Assembly (NCBI GenBank): GCA_052279835.1
Contig: CP181291.1
Coordinates: forward strand, 6,208,001 to 6,272,000
Length of the DNA: 64,000 nucleotides
DNA from: Microcoleus sp.
Lineage (GTDB): Bacteria; Cyanobacteriota; Cyanobacteriia; Cyanobacteriales; Microcoleaceae
Direction: 5' to 3'
Shown here: one piece after another, positions 54,016 through 63,555 of the stretch
Numbering within the stretch: position 1 is the first letter of the stretch
How the letters are laid out: each line of letters begins with the position of its first letter
Program-made: the position numbers and the translations under genes
The notes under the pieces: model-generated
The model's database searches: none
Told to the model about the DNA's origin: nothing
What the model saw: the letters and a program-made list of their open reading frames with translations, nothing else

Positions 54016-55494
54016 ATGGAAAAAATGACTGATGATGAGGCACTAAATATCGTTGAGGAAATTCTGGAAATAAAACAATTAAACAATGTGCAGAAGATAG
54101 TCTTTTGTCAAGCTTGGGAAGGACAGTCTTATATGCAGATTGCTAATGCTTTTGACTATGACTATAGCTATATCAAAGATACTGGATCGCAACTTTGGCA
54201 GATGCTCTCAACCGCTCTACGACAAAAAGTGACAAAGTTGAATTTTCAGAGCGTCCTCAAGCATTATGCTAAACATCGAGAATCTCAGTTCGCTAGTCAA
54301 TCTGCTTTTTATAGACCAGAATTTGAACTATTAGAGAGTTCACCGTCACCTAACTATTCTACACTTTCCATAGATGAGGATGAAACTCGTTGGGTTGGGC
54401 GCGAATCGTTAGTTGATGCGCTAACAGAGAAGATTCAAGGCATTAGTCGCGTCCTAATGCTGGTAGGAATTACAGGGATAGGCAAGTCATCTCTGGCAAT
54501 TCGACTGAGTTTAGAACCAGCGATCGCTCAAACATGGCCATTCCTTCATGTAATTCGCTTTGATGCTGAGCAGCAAACCTTTGAACAATTCGCTCGCTTA
54601 CTTTTAAAAGAGCAGATGAGATCGGATTTTGAGTCAGAACACGAGTCTCAAAAACTGGTCATCGATTTAGTTAATTATTTGCAAACCCATCCCTGTTTGC
54701 TGCTCCTCGACATGGTTGAGGAAATCCTGGAAACGGGCGATCGTGGCGAGTTTCACTACAAAGATCCCTTATTTGCCCAATTTTTTGATCGCTTTATCCA
54801 AGTAGAACCAATGCCATCTCGCTTGATTCTAACTTCTCAGGATCGCCTCCCTGTCATAGCCGAGGGACGGTATCTAGAGCGATCGCACCTAGAATACCTC
54901 AAAGGCTTAAATCCCGAAGAAGCCCTCGAACTTTTTGGGAGTTGGGAAGTTTATCCTCAGACAGATGAGGAACGTGAATATTTACAACGCATCGTTAGGG
55001 TTTATGAAGGCCATCCGCTTGCTTTGCGAGTAATCGCTGGAGAAATTCGAGAAAGTCCATACAACCGCGACATTCAAGCCTACTGGCACGATTATGGCGA
55101 AGAGATTGTAACCATTGAACAACAGCAAATAGCTTCTGATTTACGTTCGAGCGCCGACTCAGTAACTTTAGCCAATTACAGCATCAACTTAACCGATCTA
55201 GTTAAGTGCCGCATCGAACGAACATTTATCCGTCTGCGCGTTTCATCTCCTTTGGCTTACATTCTGCTCTGTATGGGAGCTACCTATCGATGCTCTGTAG
55301 AGCGAACTGCTTGGCTATTATTAATTGCAGATTCTCCTAAAGAAGCGCAAATAATTGCCTTTCAAACCTTACAACGCCGCTTTCTCCTAGAAACAGACTC
55401 TAAGGTTGGGCGCGTATTCTATCGGCTTCACAGTTTAATTCGCAGCATCGCGCTCCAGCATCTTGTTAATTTTAAACCAGAGAGCCTGTTATGA
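54016..55494 (+). CDS. N-terminal HTH + NB-ARC (STAND) ATPase without fused sensor repeats
   Basis: HTH W.GQSY.QIA....Y...YIK..G.QLW..LS; Walker A GITGIGKS; Walker B LLLLD; GHPLAL; YRLHSLIR. Confidence 0.9.
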   Translation: MEKMTDDEALNIVEEILEIKQLNNVQKIVFCQAWEGQSYMQIANAFDYDYSYIKDTGSQLWQMLSTALRQKVTKLNFQSVLKHYAKHRESQFASQSAFYRPEFELLESSPSPNYSTLSIDEDETRWVGRESLVDALTEKIQGISRVLMLVGITGIGKSSLAIRLSLEPAIAQTWPFLHVIRFDAEQQTFEQFARLLLKEQMRSDFESEHESQKLVIDLVNYLQTHPCLLLLDMVEEILETGDRGEFHYKDPLFAQFFDRFIQVEPMPSRLILTSQDRLPVIAEGRYLERSHLEYLKGLNPEEALELFGSWEVYPQTDEEREYLQRIVRVYEGHPLALRVIAGEIRESPYNRDIQAYWHDYGEEIVTIEQQQIASDLRSSADSVTLANYSINLTDLVKCRIERTFIRLRVSSPLAYILLCMGATYRCSVERTAWLLLIADSPKEAQIIAFQTLQRRFLLETDSKVGRVFYRLHSLIRSIALQHLVNFKPESLL

Positions 55495-57014
55495 ATTTTG
55501 CCTTGGATCGAGCATTGCAACTGAAGACGCTAACAGAATCCCAGATTTTAAATTGTTGCTTGACACCAACAGGAGAGTTGGTTCTAAATAATGCACATCC
55601 TCTCGATCGACAACCGACTCTCTATGAAAAAGCGCATTTACGAGCCGCTTTTTACTGGCTCAAGCACTATCAACCCAATCACCAAGCTTCTCAACTCGAA
55701 CAAGTCCGAGGCTACTTGGAGGCGGCTCACCATCTAGAACAGCTTAAAGCTTGGGATCTGATTCGCCAAATTTTATTTGTTCGTCCTAATATCGAAGGGA
55801 ATTCGCAGGTTTTACACCAACAGCTTGGAATTTGGGGACTTTACCGAGAACAAATCGCTCTATGTCAACCTTTATTAGGTAAAGTTAATCCCCAATTGGA
55901 TTGTCTTTGTCTCAATGACCTGGGCTATGCTTATACCCATCTTTGTCAGTTTCCCACCGCAGTCGGTTACTACCAGCGTTTATTACAATTAGCCACAGAG
56001 AATCACAATACAGAGGCTCAAGCTAAAGCACTTGGTGGTTTAGGGCTTTGCTATGGCAATTGGGGACAATATCAAACAGCTTGGAATTACTGCCAGCAGC
56101 AGTTGCAGGTATTGGATCGAATTGATGAATCTGGCTGTCGCGTTCAATTGGAGGATGCCGTATCGCTAGAAAGCTTGGGGTGGGAGCAAGATAGTTACGG
56201 CGAAGGCTCGTCTACAGCGGTTGAGAGAGGTCAAACTTTGGCGACTTTGGGATATTTAGCCATTCACCTGCGACAGTTTCATAAGGCGACTCATCACTGT
56301 CAGCAAGCATTAGCGATCGCCCGTACTATTAACGATACGCAAACCCAATGGTACGCTCTCGGACGGCTTGCCGTCGCCAATGCTCAATTGGGTAAACGCC
56401 AAAAAGCTTTAGATGCCTTAGAGCAACAGTACCAGCAACGACACCAAAACCGCAATTGCCATCAAGTTAGTGTTGTATTGGTGAATTTGGGCTTAGTCTA
56501 CTGTTACCAGCGCAACTTTAGAGCCGCTCTAACCTGCTCCCAAGAACTTTTGGAAATTAATCAACACAGTGGTGATATAAGCGTTCAATGTTACGCCTTA
56601 CTAACTCTGGCATTTATTCATACTTGGCAAGATGAGGTTCAACTAGCTTTAGAAAAAACCCAGCAATGTTTGGATCTGGCCCGTCAATATCACTATCAAC
56701 ACCACGAATCTCAGTCATTATCGCAATTTTCTTATCTCTATAGCGCACTGGGAGACATTTCTAAAGCACTAGATTATGGAAAACAAGCTTTAGCGCTCGC
56801 TCAAACCGTTAATAATTCTTTATTTAAAGGGATTGCACTGGCAGTTTTAGGATTGGCTTACCTGGAAGCGGGTAAGTTTATACAGAGTTTGCGTTTTATC
56901 GTTGCTAGTTTGATCGCGCTCCCTCCTTGGCGCGGTGGAGATAGCCAATTGTTGCTGGCGATAATTCTCAAACGATTATTCAAATATTATGGCGATCGGT
57001 CCTCAAGATTTTAG
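55491..57014 (+). CDS. Tetratricopeptide repeat protein
   Basis: Repeated LxxLGxxY...A...QxxL units; ATGA overlap with the ATPase gene. Confidence 0.9.
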   Translation: MNFALDRALQLKTLTESQILNCCLTPTGELVLNNAHPLDRQPTLYEKAHLRAAFYWLKHYQPNHQASQLEQVRGYLEAAHHLEQLKAWDLIRQILFVRPNIEGNSQVLHQQLGIWGLYREQIALCQPLLGKVNPQLDCLCLNDLGYAYTHLCQFPTAVGYYQRLLQLATENHNTEAQAKALGGLGLCYGNWGQYQTAWNYCQQQLQVLDRIDESGCRVQLEDAVSLESLGWEQDSYGEGSSTAVERGQTLATLGYLAIHLRQFHKATHHCQQALAIARTINDTQTQWYALGRLAVANAQLGKRQKALDALEQQYQQRHQNRNCHQVSVVLVNLGLVYCYQRNFRAALTCSQELLEINQHSGDISVQCYALLTLAFIHTWQDEVQLALEKTQQCLDLARQYHYQHHESQSLSQFSYLYSALGDISKALDYGKQALALAQTVNNSLFKGIALAVLGLAYLEAGKFIQSLRFIVASLIALPPWRGGDSQLLLAIILKRLFKYYGDRSSRF

Positions 57015-57090
57015 TTGGGTTGAGCTGTGAGGTGGGTAAAAGACTGTCGTGCCCGATCGCCGCCTATTTGCGGTTACATTCCATGGATTT

Positions 57091-57250
57091 CAAGCTATAC
57101 TTGGCAATTCCAGCTAACTTATACGATAATAAATTTCCAACCCCGCTCGCTCAATTAATGATTCAAAAAAACCAAGTTAACCTATTGGTTTTCGCTCCAA
57201 TCCTGGAGGTCATCGAACGATGGATAAACTCGAACGCTACCGAAGCTTAA
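57091..57250 (+). pseudogene. xisH: C-terminal remnant of XisH-family protein
   Basis: KLYLAIP..LY...F......MIQKNQVNLLVF.P..EVIERWIN directly upstream of xisI; N-terminal part absent. Confidence 0.75.
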
Positions 57251-57555
57251 TCCAAAAAATCCTCGAAGAATACCAGCAGCTAAGCTCGGGCAATTCCGAT
57301 GTCGAATCTGTCTTGCTGTTCGATCCGATTCGCGAGCAGTATCTTCTAATAAAAATGGGTTGGTATCAAGATAATCGCATCAAAAGCAATGTCATTCACG
57401 TTCGCCTGAAAGATGGAAAAATCTGGATTGAAGAAGACCGGACTGAGGACGGTATTGCGACCGATTTACTCCAAGCAGGGGTGTCCCGTGAAGATATCGT
57501 CCTCGCCTTTCATCCACCGCGTTTGCGTCAGTTTACTGAATTTGCAACTGCGTAA
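57220..57555 (+). CDS. xisI: XisI-family protein
   Basis: MDKLERYR..I..IL.EY...FD.....YLL...GW...IH..LKDGKIWIEED.TEDGIA.DL..AGV..EDIVLAFHPP. Confidence 0.93.
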   Translation: MDKLERYRSLIQKILEEYQQLSSGNSDVESVLLFDPIREQYLLIKMGWYQDNRIKSNVIHVRLKDGKIWIEEDRTEDGIATDLLQAGVSREDIVLAFHPPRLRQFTEFATA

Positions 57556-57614
57556 CCCGATCGCTCTTAGAGAAAGTATCGCACATCGCGCATCAAGAGC
57601 GATCGCGCACTTAT

Positions 57615-57968
57615 CTAATTCGCAGCCAACAAACCCGACATATTCAGCACTTTTTCTGACCAGATTTTTACCTGTTCGCTAACTTTTATTCGTTGCTGAA
57701 CGTTCGAGCGAATCTCAGCCCAAGAATTCTGCCAGCAAGCTAACTGAACCTGCAACTCAACTAACTCAGCAGCTATTTCTATCTCTGTATCGGCAGCAGT
57801 CCATTCAATAAACAGCTTGCTTTCTTCCAGTAAATCTTCAATTATTTCGCTATGAGCTGCATTTTGACATCGGGATTAAATCCGTGCCAAATTTGATGCT
57901 AAATTTCCCAGACGAACCGGCAGTTCGTCTCGCAAATAGCGTGACTTTAAAGCATTCCAATCTCTCAT
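57615..57968 (-). pseudogene. Hypothetical protein with in-frame stop at 57876-57878
   Basis: Hand translation MRDWNALKSRYLRDELPVRLGNLASNLARI*SRCQN...ESKLFIEWTA...WSEKVLNMSGLLAAN*; frame continues for 118 codons. Confidence 0.75.
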
Positions 57969-58301
57969 AACTCTCCTAATAGCCGTTGAACGATCTGAGC
58001 AACTCGATCTCGAATCATCGGATCTTGAATTTCCATCGAACGATTGTTTTGGCGGGGGCGGATATTGATGAGAGATTCATAGCCTACTTATGAGTGTCAG
58101 CGGATACCAATCTGCTCCCCAAATATCTACTTGCTTGCTCCCATTTTCCAGCAATACAGCTTCTCCGTCAGCGTGAAGCTCTCCACCACCAGCTAAAATT
58201 CCCCGTTCGATATCCACTGCCAGTTTAATATAACTGCTCAGGATTTCCAACATTTCTTCAAGTTGCTCTTTGGTAGCACGCTCTTGTATCAGATTAATCA
58301 T
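57965..58301 (-). pseudogene. DUF5674-like protein, frameshifted near 58088-58095
   Basis: IKLAVDIERGILAGGGELHAD...DIWGADW; continuation VGYESLINIRPRQNNRSMEIQDP lies in a shifted frame and ends with ATGA overlap into the next gene. Confidence 0.8.
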
Positions 58302-58359
58302 CTTTATTTTTTAAATTGCGATCGCGATCGCAGTGCTGAAAAATTTTGGCGATCGTGCA

Positions 58360-58701
58360 ATGAAACCCTTAACTCCCCAAGACATCCTCAAGCCTTACTC
58401 AAAACACCGGACAGCTATTGACAGCCCCGGCTCCTTTTACTCTGCTTTAGAAACAAAAGTAATGATGAGAGCTAATCCGCCCCTTAAGCCTGAAATATTA
58501 ACAGCTATTCCAACTCTTTTGATCGATAAAAATCAAAAACCTCAGTGGCAACTTACACTTAAAACTCCTTACCAACTGATCGATACTGCTTTCAATCTTG
58601 AAACAGCCCTTCAACCATTCCAACAAGCAAAAATCATCGGTATAGACTGCGAAACGACAGGGCTTGACCCCTACCAAGCCAAAATTAGATTGTTACAACT
58701 T
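58360..58701 (+). pseudogene. N-terminal fragment of a PolA-like 3'-5' exonuclease/DNA polymerase
   Basis: IIGIDCETTGLDP...KIRLLQL (ExoI DxE motif), cut off exactly where the palindrome begins. Confidence 0.75.
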
Positions 58702-58749
58702 CAGGACTTACGCAGACACACTATATGTAGTGTGTCTGCGTAAGTCCTG
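58702..58749. mobile_element. 48-bp perfect hairpin / minimal MITE with CAGGACTTACGCA termini
   Basis: 22-bp arms caggacttacgcagacacacta / tagtgtgtctgcgtaagtcctg with 4-nt loop; first 28 nt are repeated at 47597. Confidence 0.8.
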
Positions 58750-59303
58750 TACCTCATCGATCGTCATAACTGGCAATTATCTGGTAAGCGTATGGTGGAT
58801 ATTATCACTCGCGATCGACTCTAAAGCTGAGTACGATCGCCTCATGGCTGCGAATTTTTTTGAGAATACCTCTTTGGGACGATCTAAATCCTTGACAATC
58901 ATTATATCTTGTGTTATTAGCACTTTCTGAGCGATCGGCATAACCTAATTTTAAGAGGCGCTGGTGCTCCTAGCTGCAAGGGAGCCTTGCCTACTTTTTT
59001 GAGGCTTTTTCTCGATCGTTAGCTAAAATGTCATGTATGTGTCACATTTGGTCGTCCAGCTACAATTAAAATGTGACAGTTGACATTGGTAATGGCTTGT
59101 CAATTAATGCTAACTTAATTAAAAGTATTTTGATAAGCCTACTTTTATTCATCAACAAAGTACCCGATGCCTCGAAGCCAGGTCTAGCAAATATCGCGGG
59201 GGAAAGGCCACAAGATTGAGTTTAGTCATCCACCAAAATCTTCGATTCGATGTGTCGCTGAATTGCTCCCTGCCAAGTGTGTTATCTGCCAATCGCAAAT
59301 ATT

Positions 59304-62300
59304 ATGTTGGAATTAGTCAAAAATATATTTTCTCCTACTCAATATATGCCACACGGTCATTGCTATCTGTGGCAAACGCCTTTGGTGTGGCTCCACGTAA
59401 CGGGCGATTTTTTAATTGCGATCGCCTATTTTTCAATTCCCATGATGCTGATTTATTTTGTATTAAAAAGGCGGGATGTTCCTTTTTTAGGAATTTTTGC
59501 TTTATTTGGTGCATTTATTATTCTGTGCGGCACTGGTCACTTGCTAGAAATTTGGACTTTGTGGCATTCCGCCTATTGGTTATCTGGGATAGAAAAAGCC
59601 CTCACGGCACTGGTTTCCTGTTACACGGCTGGACAGATGGTAACACTATTGCCACAATTTCTTTCATTAAGAACTCCCCAAGAACTAGAAGAAATAAATA
59701 GCAGATTGGAGGCGGAAATATTAGTAAAAAAACAGGCAAAGTTAGCTTTACGCAGTGCCTATGATGACTTAGAAATTAAGGTGCAAGAACGCACATCCCA
59801 GTTGATTGAAACCAACAAGTGCTTAGAAATGGAAATTCGGGAGCGCCAGCAAGCCGAGTTAAAACTGCGCTCTGTTACCGAACGCTTGCAATATTTACTG
59901 GCTACTACTCCGGCCGTAATTTTTAGCTGCCAAATAGGCGGAAATTATGACGTGACATTTGTTAGCGAAAATATTTTTTCAATGATTGGTTATGAAGCAC
60001 AAGAATTTATGAATGGTTCCCTTGATTGGTATAGCCTGATTCACCCCGAAGATCGAGAAAATGTGAGTAACTTGTTCGCTCAAATATTGGAAAAAGAATC
60101 AATTTCCTACGAATACCGCGAACTGCACAAAGACGGTAGTTATCGGTGGATCTACGATGAGGTTAAGTTGGTAAAAGATGCTGCTGGTCTACCTATGGAG
60201 TGCGTTGGTTATGCCGTAGATATTACTGCGCGTAAACAAGCGGAAATCACCTTGCAGCAACAACTAAAAAGGGAGAGGCTAGTGAATTCCATTCAAGAGC
60301 GGATTCGTTCCTCTCTTAACCTGGAAGAAGTGCTGACAATGGCTGTGGAAGAAGTCCGGGATTTTTTGGCAACAGATAGAACAGTTATTTATCGTTTTAA
60401 CCCAGATTGGAGTGGCTTTATTGCCGTTGAGTCAGTGGCAAAAAATACGATGCCGATTTTGGGAATTGACATTAATGATAATTGTTTTCGGGAACACTAC
60501 GTGTCTGTTTACGAGCAGGGACACATTCGGGCGATCGACAATATTTACACGGCAGGTCTTTCTGAGTGTCACCTTAATTTACTGAGCCAGTTTGAAATTA
60601 AAGCTAACCTCGTGGTTCCCATTTTGCAAGGTGAAAAATTATGGGGACTACTGATTGCTCATCACTGTCGGAGTCAAAGGCATTGGAATTCTTCTGAGAT
60701 AGAATCTCTCCAGCAAATTTCCGTGCAGCTAGCAATTGCCATCCAGCAATCCACCCTTTTTGAACAAGCCAAAACTGAAATTTACGAACGTAAATTGGCA
60801 GAACTGGCATTACAAAAAGCTGTCTTGGCCGCGGATAGAGCTAACCGTGCCAAAAGTGAATTTCTCTCTTCTATGAGCCACGAATTGCGGACTCCCCTGA
60901 ATGCCATTTTGGGATTTAGTCAGGTGATGGTGCGCGATTCATCTTTAAACAATCAAAACCAGCAGCATCTACAAATTATTAATCGCGCGGGAGAACACTT
61001 GCTTTCCTTAATTAATGACATTTTGGAAATGTCCAAAATCGAAGCAGGCAGAAGTCAGCTTAATGAAAGCAGTTTTAATTTAATCCGTCTGTTAGAAACC
61101 TTAGAAGAAATGTTCCGATTGAAAGCTAAATCTAAAAAATTGCTGCTAAATTTTGAAGTAGCTGAAGGCGTACCGGACTTTGTGAAGGGAGATGATGGTA
61201 AATTGCGTCAAGTTTTGATTAATCTGATCGGCAATGCGATCAAATTTACAGACAGTGGTAGCGTTACCTTGCGAGTAAAAAATCAGGTAGAAACAAGTTT
61301 GACTTTTCAAACCCCAGATTTTAGACGCCCAAAAACAATCACCGCTGACACGGTTTCCCTAAAGTCGGCATCGCCGGAATTTGATGCTGTAAATATGAAT
61401 TATATTCCTCCGGTATCGTTACGGGTTAATTTTGAAATTGAAGATACGGGTGCTGGGATTGCCCCAGAAGAGATGAATAAATTATTTCAGCCCTTCGAGC
61501 AAACAAAAACAGGTTATAAATCTCAAGAGGGCACTGGATTAGGTTTACCAATTAGTCGCAATTTTGTGAAAATGATGGGAGGAGATATTAGTGTCAAAAG
61601 TACAGTTGGTTTGGGAAGTAAGTTTTCATTTGATATTGAATTCAGGCTTGCCGATCCTAGCGATGTTAAAATGCTTAAACCACAGAAAAAAGTAATTAGT
61701 TTAGCGGCAGATCAACCAGAATACCGGATTTTGGTGGTTGACGATCGCTCTGACAACTGTCTAGTCATAGTCAGATTATTGTCACCACTAGGCATCATCG
61801 TGCGAGAAGCTAGAAATGGGCAAGAAGCTGTTGCTATATGGGAAGAGTGGCAACCGCACCTAATTTGGATGGATATGCAGATGCCTGTGATGAATGGCTA
61901 TGAAGCTACCAGACTGATTAAAGCTCATCCCCTAGGTAAAAAAACCATGATTGTGGCTCTAACTGCTAGCGCTTTTGAAGAGGAACGAAAAACTATTTTG
62001 GCCGCAGGCTGCGATGATTTTATGCGTAAACCCTTCGAGGCAAATATACTATTTTCGATCATGGAAGAACTTTTAGGTATCAAGTATATTTATGAAGAGC
62101 CTATTGAGGAAAAAATCGAAAATGAAAATACAATTAGCGTACCTGCTAGCACTCTCTCTGTGGAATCGCAACTGAGTCAAATGCCTCTTGATTGGGTGCA
62201 GAAGATATCTGATGCTGCTCATGAATGTTCCGACGATAAAATTGTTCAGTTGATTGATGAAATACCTAGAGAATTTGATTCAGCCGCTAAAATCTTAACG

Positions 62301-62375
62301 GCTTTAGCCCATGATTTTCTATTTGATGATATTATAGAATTAGCAACATCGGCCGTTAAAGACCGTCAATGTTAA
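59304..62375 (+). CDS. Hybrid histidine kinase: ethylene-binding-type TM domain, PAS, DXCF cyanobacteriochrome GAF, HisKA, HATPase, receiver
   Basis: GDFLIAIAYFSIP and FIILCGTGH; GAF DNCF and SECH; SHELRTPL, NLIGNAIKFT, GTGLGL; WMDMQMP. Confidence 0.93.
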   Translation: MLELVKNIFSPTQYMPHGHCYLWQTPLVWLHVTGDFLIAIAYFSIPMMLIYFVLKRRDVPFLGIFALFGAFIILCGTGHLLEIWTLWHSAYWLSGIEKALTALVSCYTAGQMVTLLPQFLSLRTPQELEEINSRLEAEILVKKQAKLALRSAYDDLEIKVQERTSQLIETNKCLEMEIRERQQAELKLRSVTERLQYLLATTPAVIFSCQIGGNYDVTFVSENIFSMIGYEAQEFMNGSLDWYSLIHPEDRENVSNLFAQILEKESISYEYRELHKDGSYRWIYDEVKLVKDAAGLPMECVGYAVDITARKQAEITLQQQLKRERLVNSIQERIRSSLNLEEVLTMAVEEVRDFLATDRTVIYRFNPDWSGFIAVESVAKNTMPILGIDINDNCFREHYVSVYEQGHIRAIDNIYTAGLSECHLNLLSQFEIKANLVVPILQGEKLWGLLIAHHCRSQRHWNSSEIESLQQISVQLAIAIQQSTLFEQAKTEIYERKLAELALQKAVLAADRANRAKSEFLSSMSHELRTPLNAILGFSQVMVRDSSLNNQNQQHLQIINRAGEHLLSLINDILEMSKIEAGRSQLNESSFNLIRLLETLEEMFRLKAKSKKLLLNFEVAEGVPDFVKGDDGKLRQVLINLIGNAIKFTDSGSVTLRVKNQVETSLTFQTPDFRRPKTITADTVSLKSASPEFDAVNMNYIPPVSLRVNFEIEDTGAGIAPEEMNKLFQPFEQTKTGYKSQEGTGLGLPISRNFVKMMGGDISVKSTVGLGSKFSFDIEFRLADPSDVKMLKPQKKVISLAADQPEYRILVVDDRSDNCLVIVRLLSPLGIIVREARNGQEAVAIWEEWQPHLIWMDMQMPVMNGYEATRLIKAHPLGKKTMIVALTASAFEEERKTILAAGCDDFMRKPFEANILFSIMEELLGIKYIYEEPIEEKIENENTISVPASTLSVESQLSQMPLDWVQKISDAAHECSDDKIVQLIDEIPREFDSAAKILTALAHDFLFDDIIELATSAVKDRQC

Positions 62376-62410
62376 GATTTTTTATGAAAAATAAGTAAGT
62401 CTTCCATCTT

Positions 62411-63550
62411 ATGGACAGCAATCAAGATCCTACAATTCCAGCCAGCATTCTCGTAGTTGACGATACGCCACATAACGTGCGACTATTATCAACAATCCTC
62501 ACGGGACAAGGATATCAGGTTCGTAAAGCGCTAAATGGGCAAAGGGCGCTCGCTACAGTGCAAGAGTTTCCGCCGCATCTCATTTTGCTGGACGTGATGA
62601 TGCCAGAAATGAATGGGTATGAGGTGTGCGAACATTTGAAATCTTCACCAACTACCAGTTCGATTCCAGTGATTTTTTTAAGCGCCTTAGATGATGCTTC
62701 TGATAAGGTGAAAGCTTTTGATGTGGGAGCAGTTGACTATATTACAAAACCTTTTCAAGATAAAGAAGTGTTGGCACGAGTGGCAAATCAGTTAACCATT
62801 AAAAGTCAAAAACAACTACTTCAAGAACAAACGAACCAATTAGAAGAACTTGTCGGACGTTTGGAAAAAGAAATTAAAGAGCGGCAGGGAGCTGAGCTAG
62901 CTGTACGCCTTGCTCAAGAAAAGTCCGATCATTTATTGTTAAACATTTTACCAGCAGCGATTGTTGAAGCTTTGAAAAAAGGGGAGAATACTAATGCCGA
63001 GAGATTTGACTCAGCAACAGTTTTATTTGCCGATATTGTAAATTTTACTTCTCTTGCTTCCAGAATTTCACCTCTAGAATTAGTGAAGTTCCTCAACCAG
63101 ATTTTTTCAAAGTTTGATGAATTAACTGAAAAACACGGTTTGGAGAAAATTAAAACGAATGGGGATGCTTATATGGTAGCGGGGGGGTTGCCGGTGCCGA
63201 GGCCCGATCATGCAGAAGCGATCGCCAATATGGCCTTGGATATGCAGGAAGCGATCGCTGATTTTAAAACAGATAGGGGGGAACCTTTTCAAATTCGGAT
63301 TGGCATCAATACAGGGCCTGTAGTTGCTGGAGTCATTGGTACTAAAAAATTTAGCTATGACTTGTGGGGAGATACTGTGAATGTTGCTTCTCGGATGGAA
63401 TCTCAAGGATTACCAGGGTGTATTCAAGTTACTACTGCGGTTTACCAGCAGTTAAAAAATGACTATGTATTTGAGGAAAGAGGTTCGATATCGGTAAAAG
63501 GTAAAGGAGAGACGATCGCCTATTTACTAACAAGCAAAAAAGATGATTAG
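62411..63550 (+). CDS. Receiver domain-class III adenylate cyclase
   Basis: ILVVDD, LLDVMMP, KPF; LFADIVNFT, KIKTNGDAY, YDLWGDTVNVASRMES. Confidence 0.93.
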   Translation: MDSNQDPTIPASILVVDDTPHNVRLLSTILTGQGYQVRKALNGQRALATVQEFPPHLILLDVMMPEMNGYEVCEHLKSSPTTSSIPVIFLSALDDASDKVKAFDVGAVDYITKPFQDKEVLARVANQLTIKSQKQLLQEQTNQLEELVGRLEKEIKERQGAELAVRLAQEKSDHLLLNILPAAIVEALKKGENTNAERFDSATVLFADIVNFTSLASRISPLELVKFLNQIFSKFDELTEKHGLEKIKTNGDAYMVAGGLPVPRPDHAEAIANMALDMQEAIADFKTDRGEPFQIRIGINTGPVVAGVIGTKKFSYDLWGDTVNVASRMESQGLPGCIQVTTAVYQQLKNDYVFEERGSISVKGKGETIAYLLTSKKDD

Positions 63551-63555
63551 CTGCC

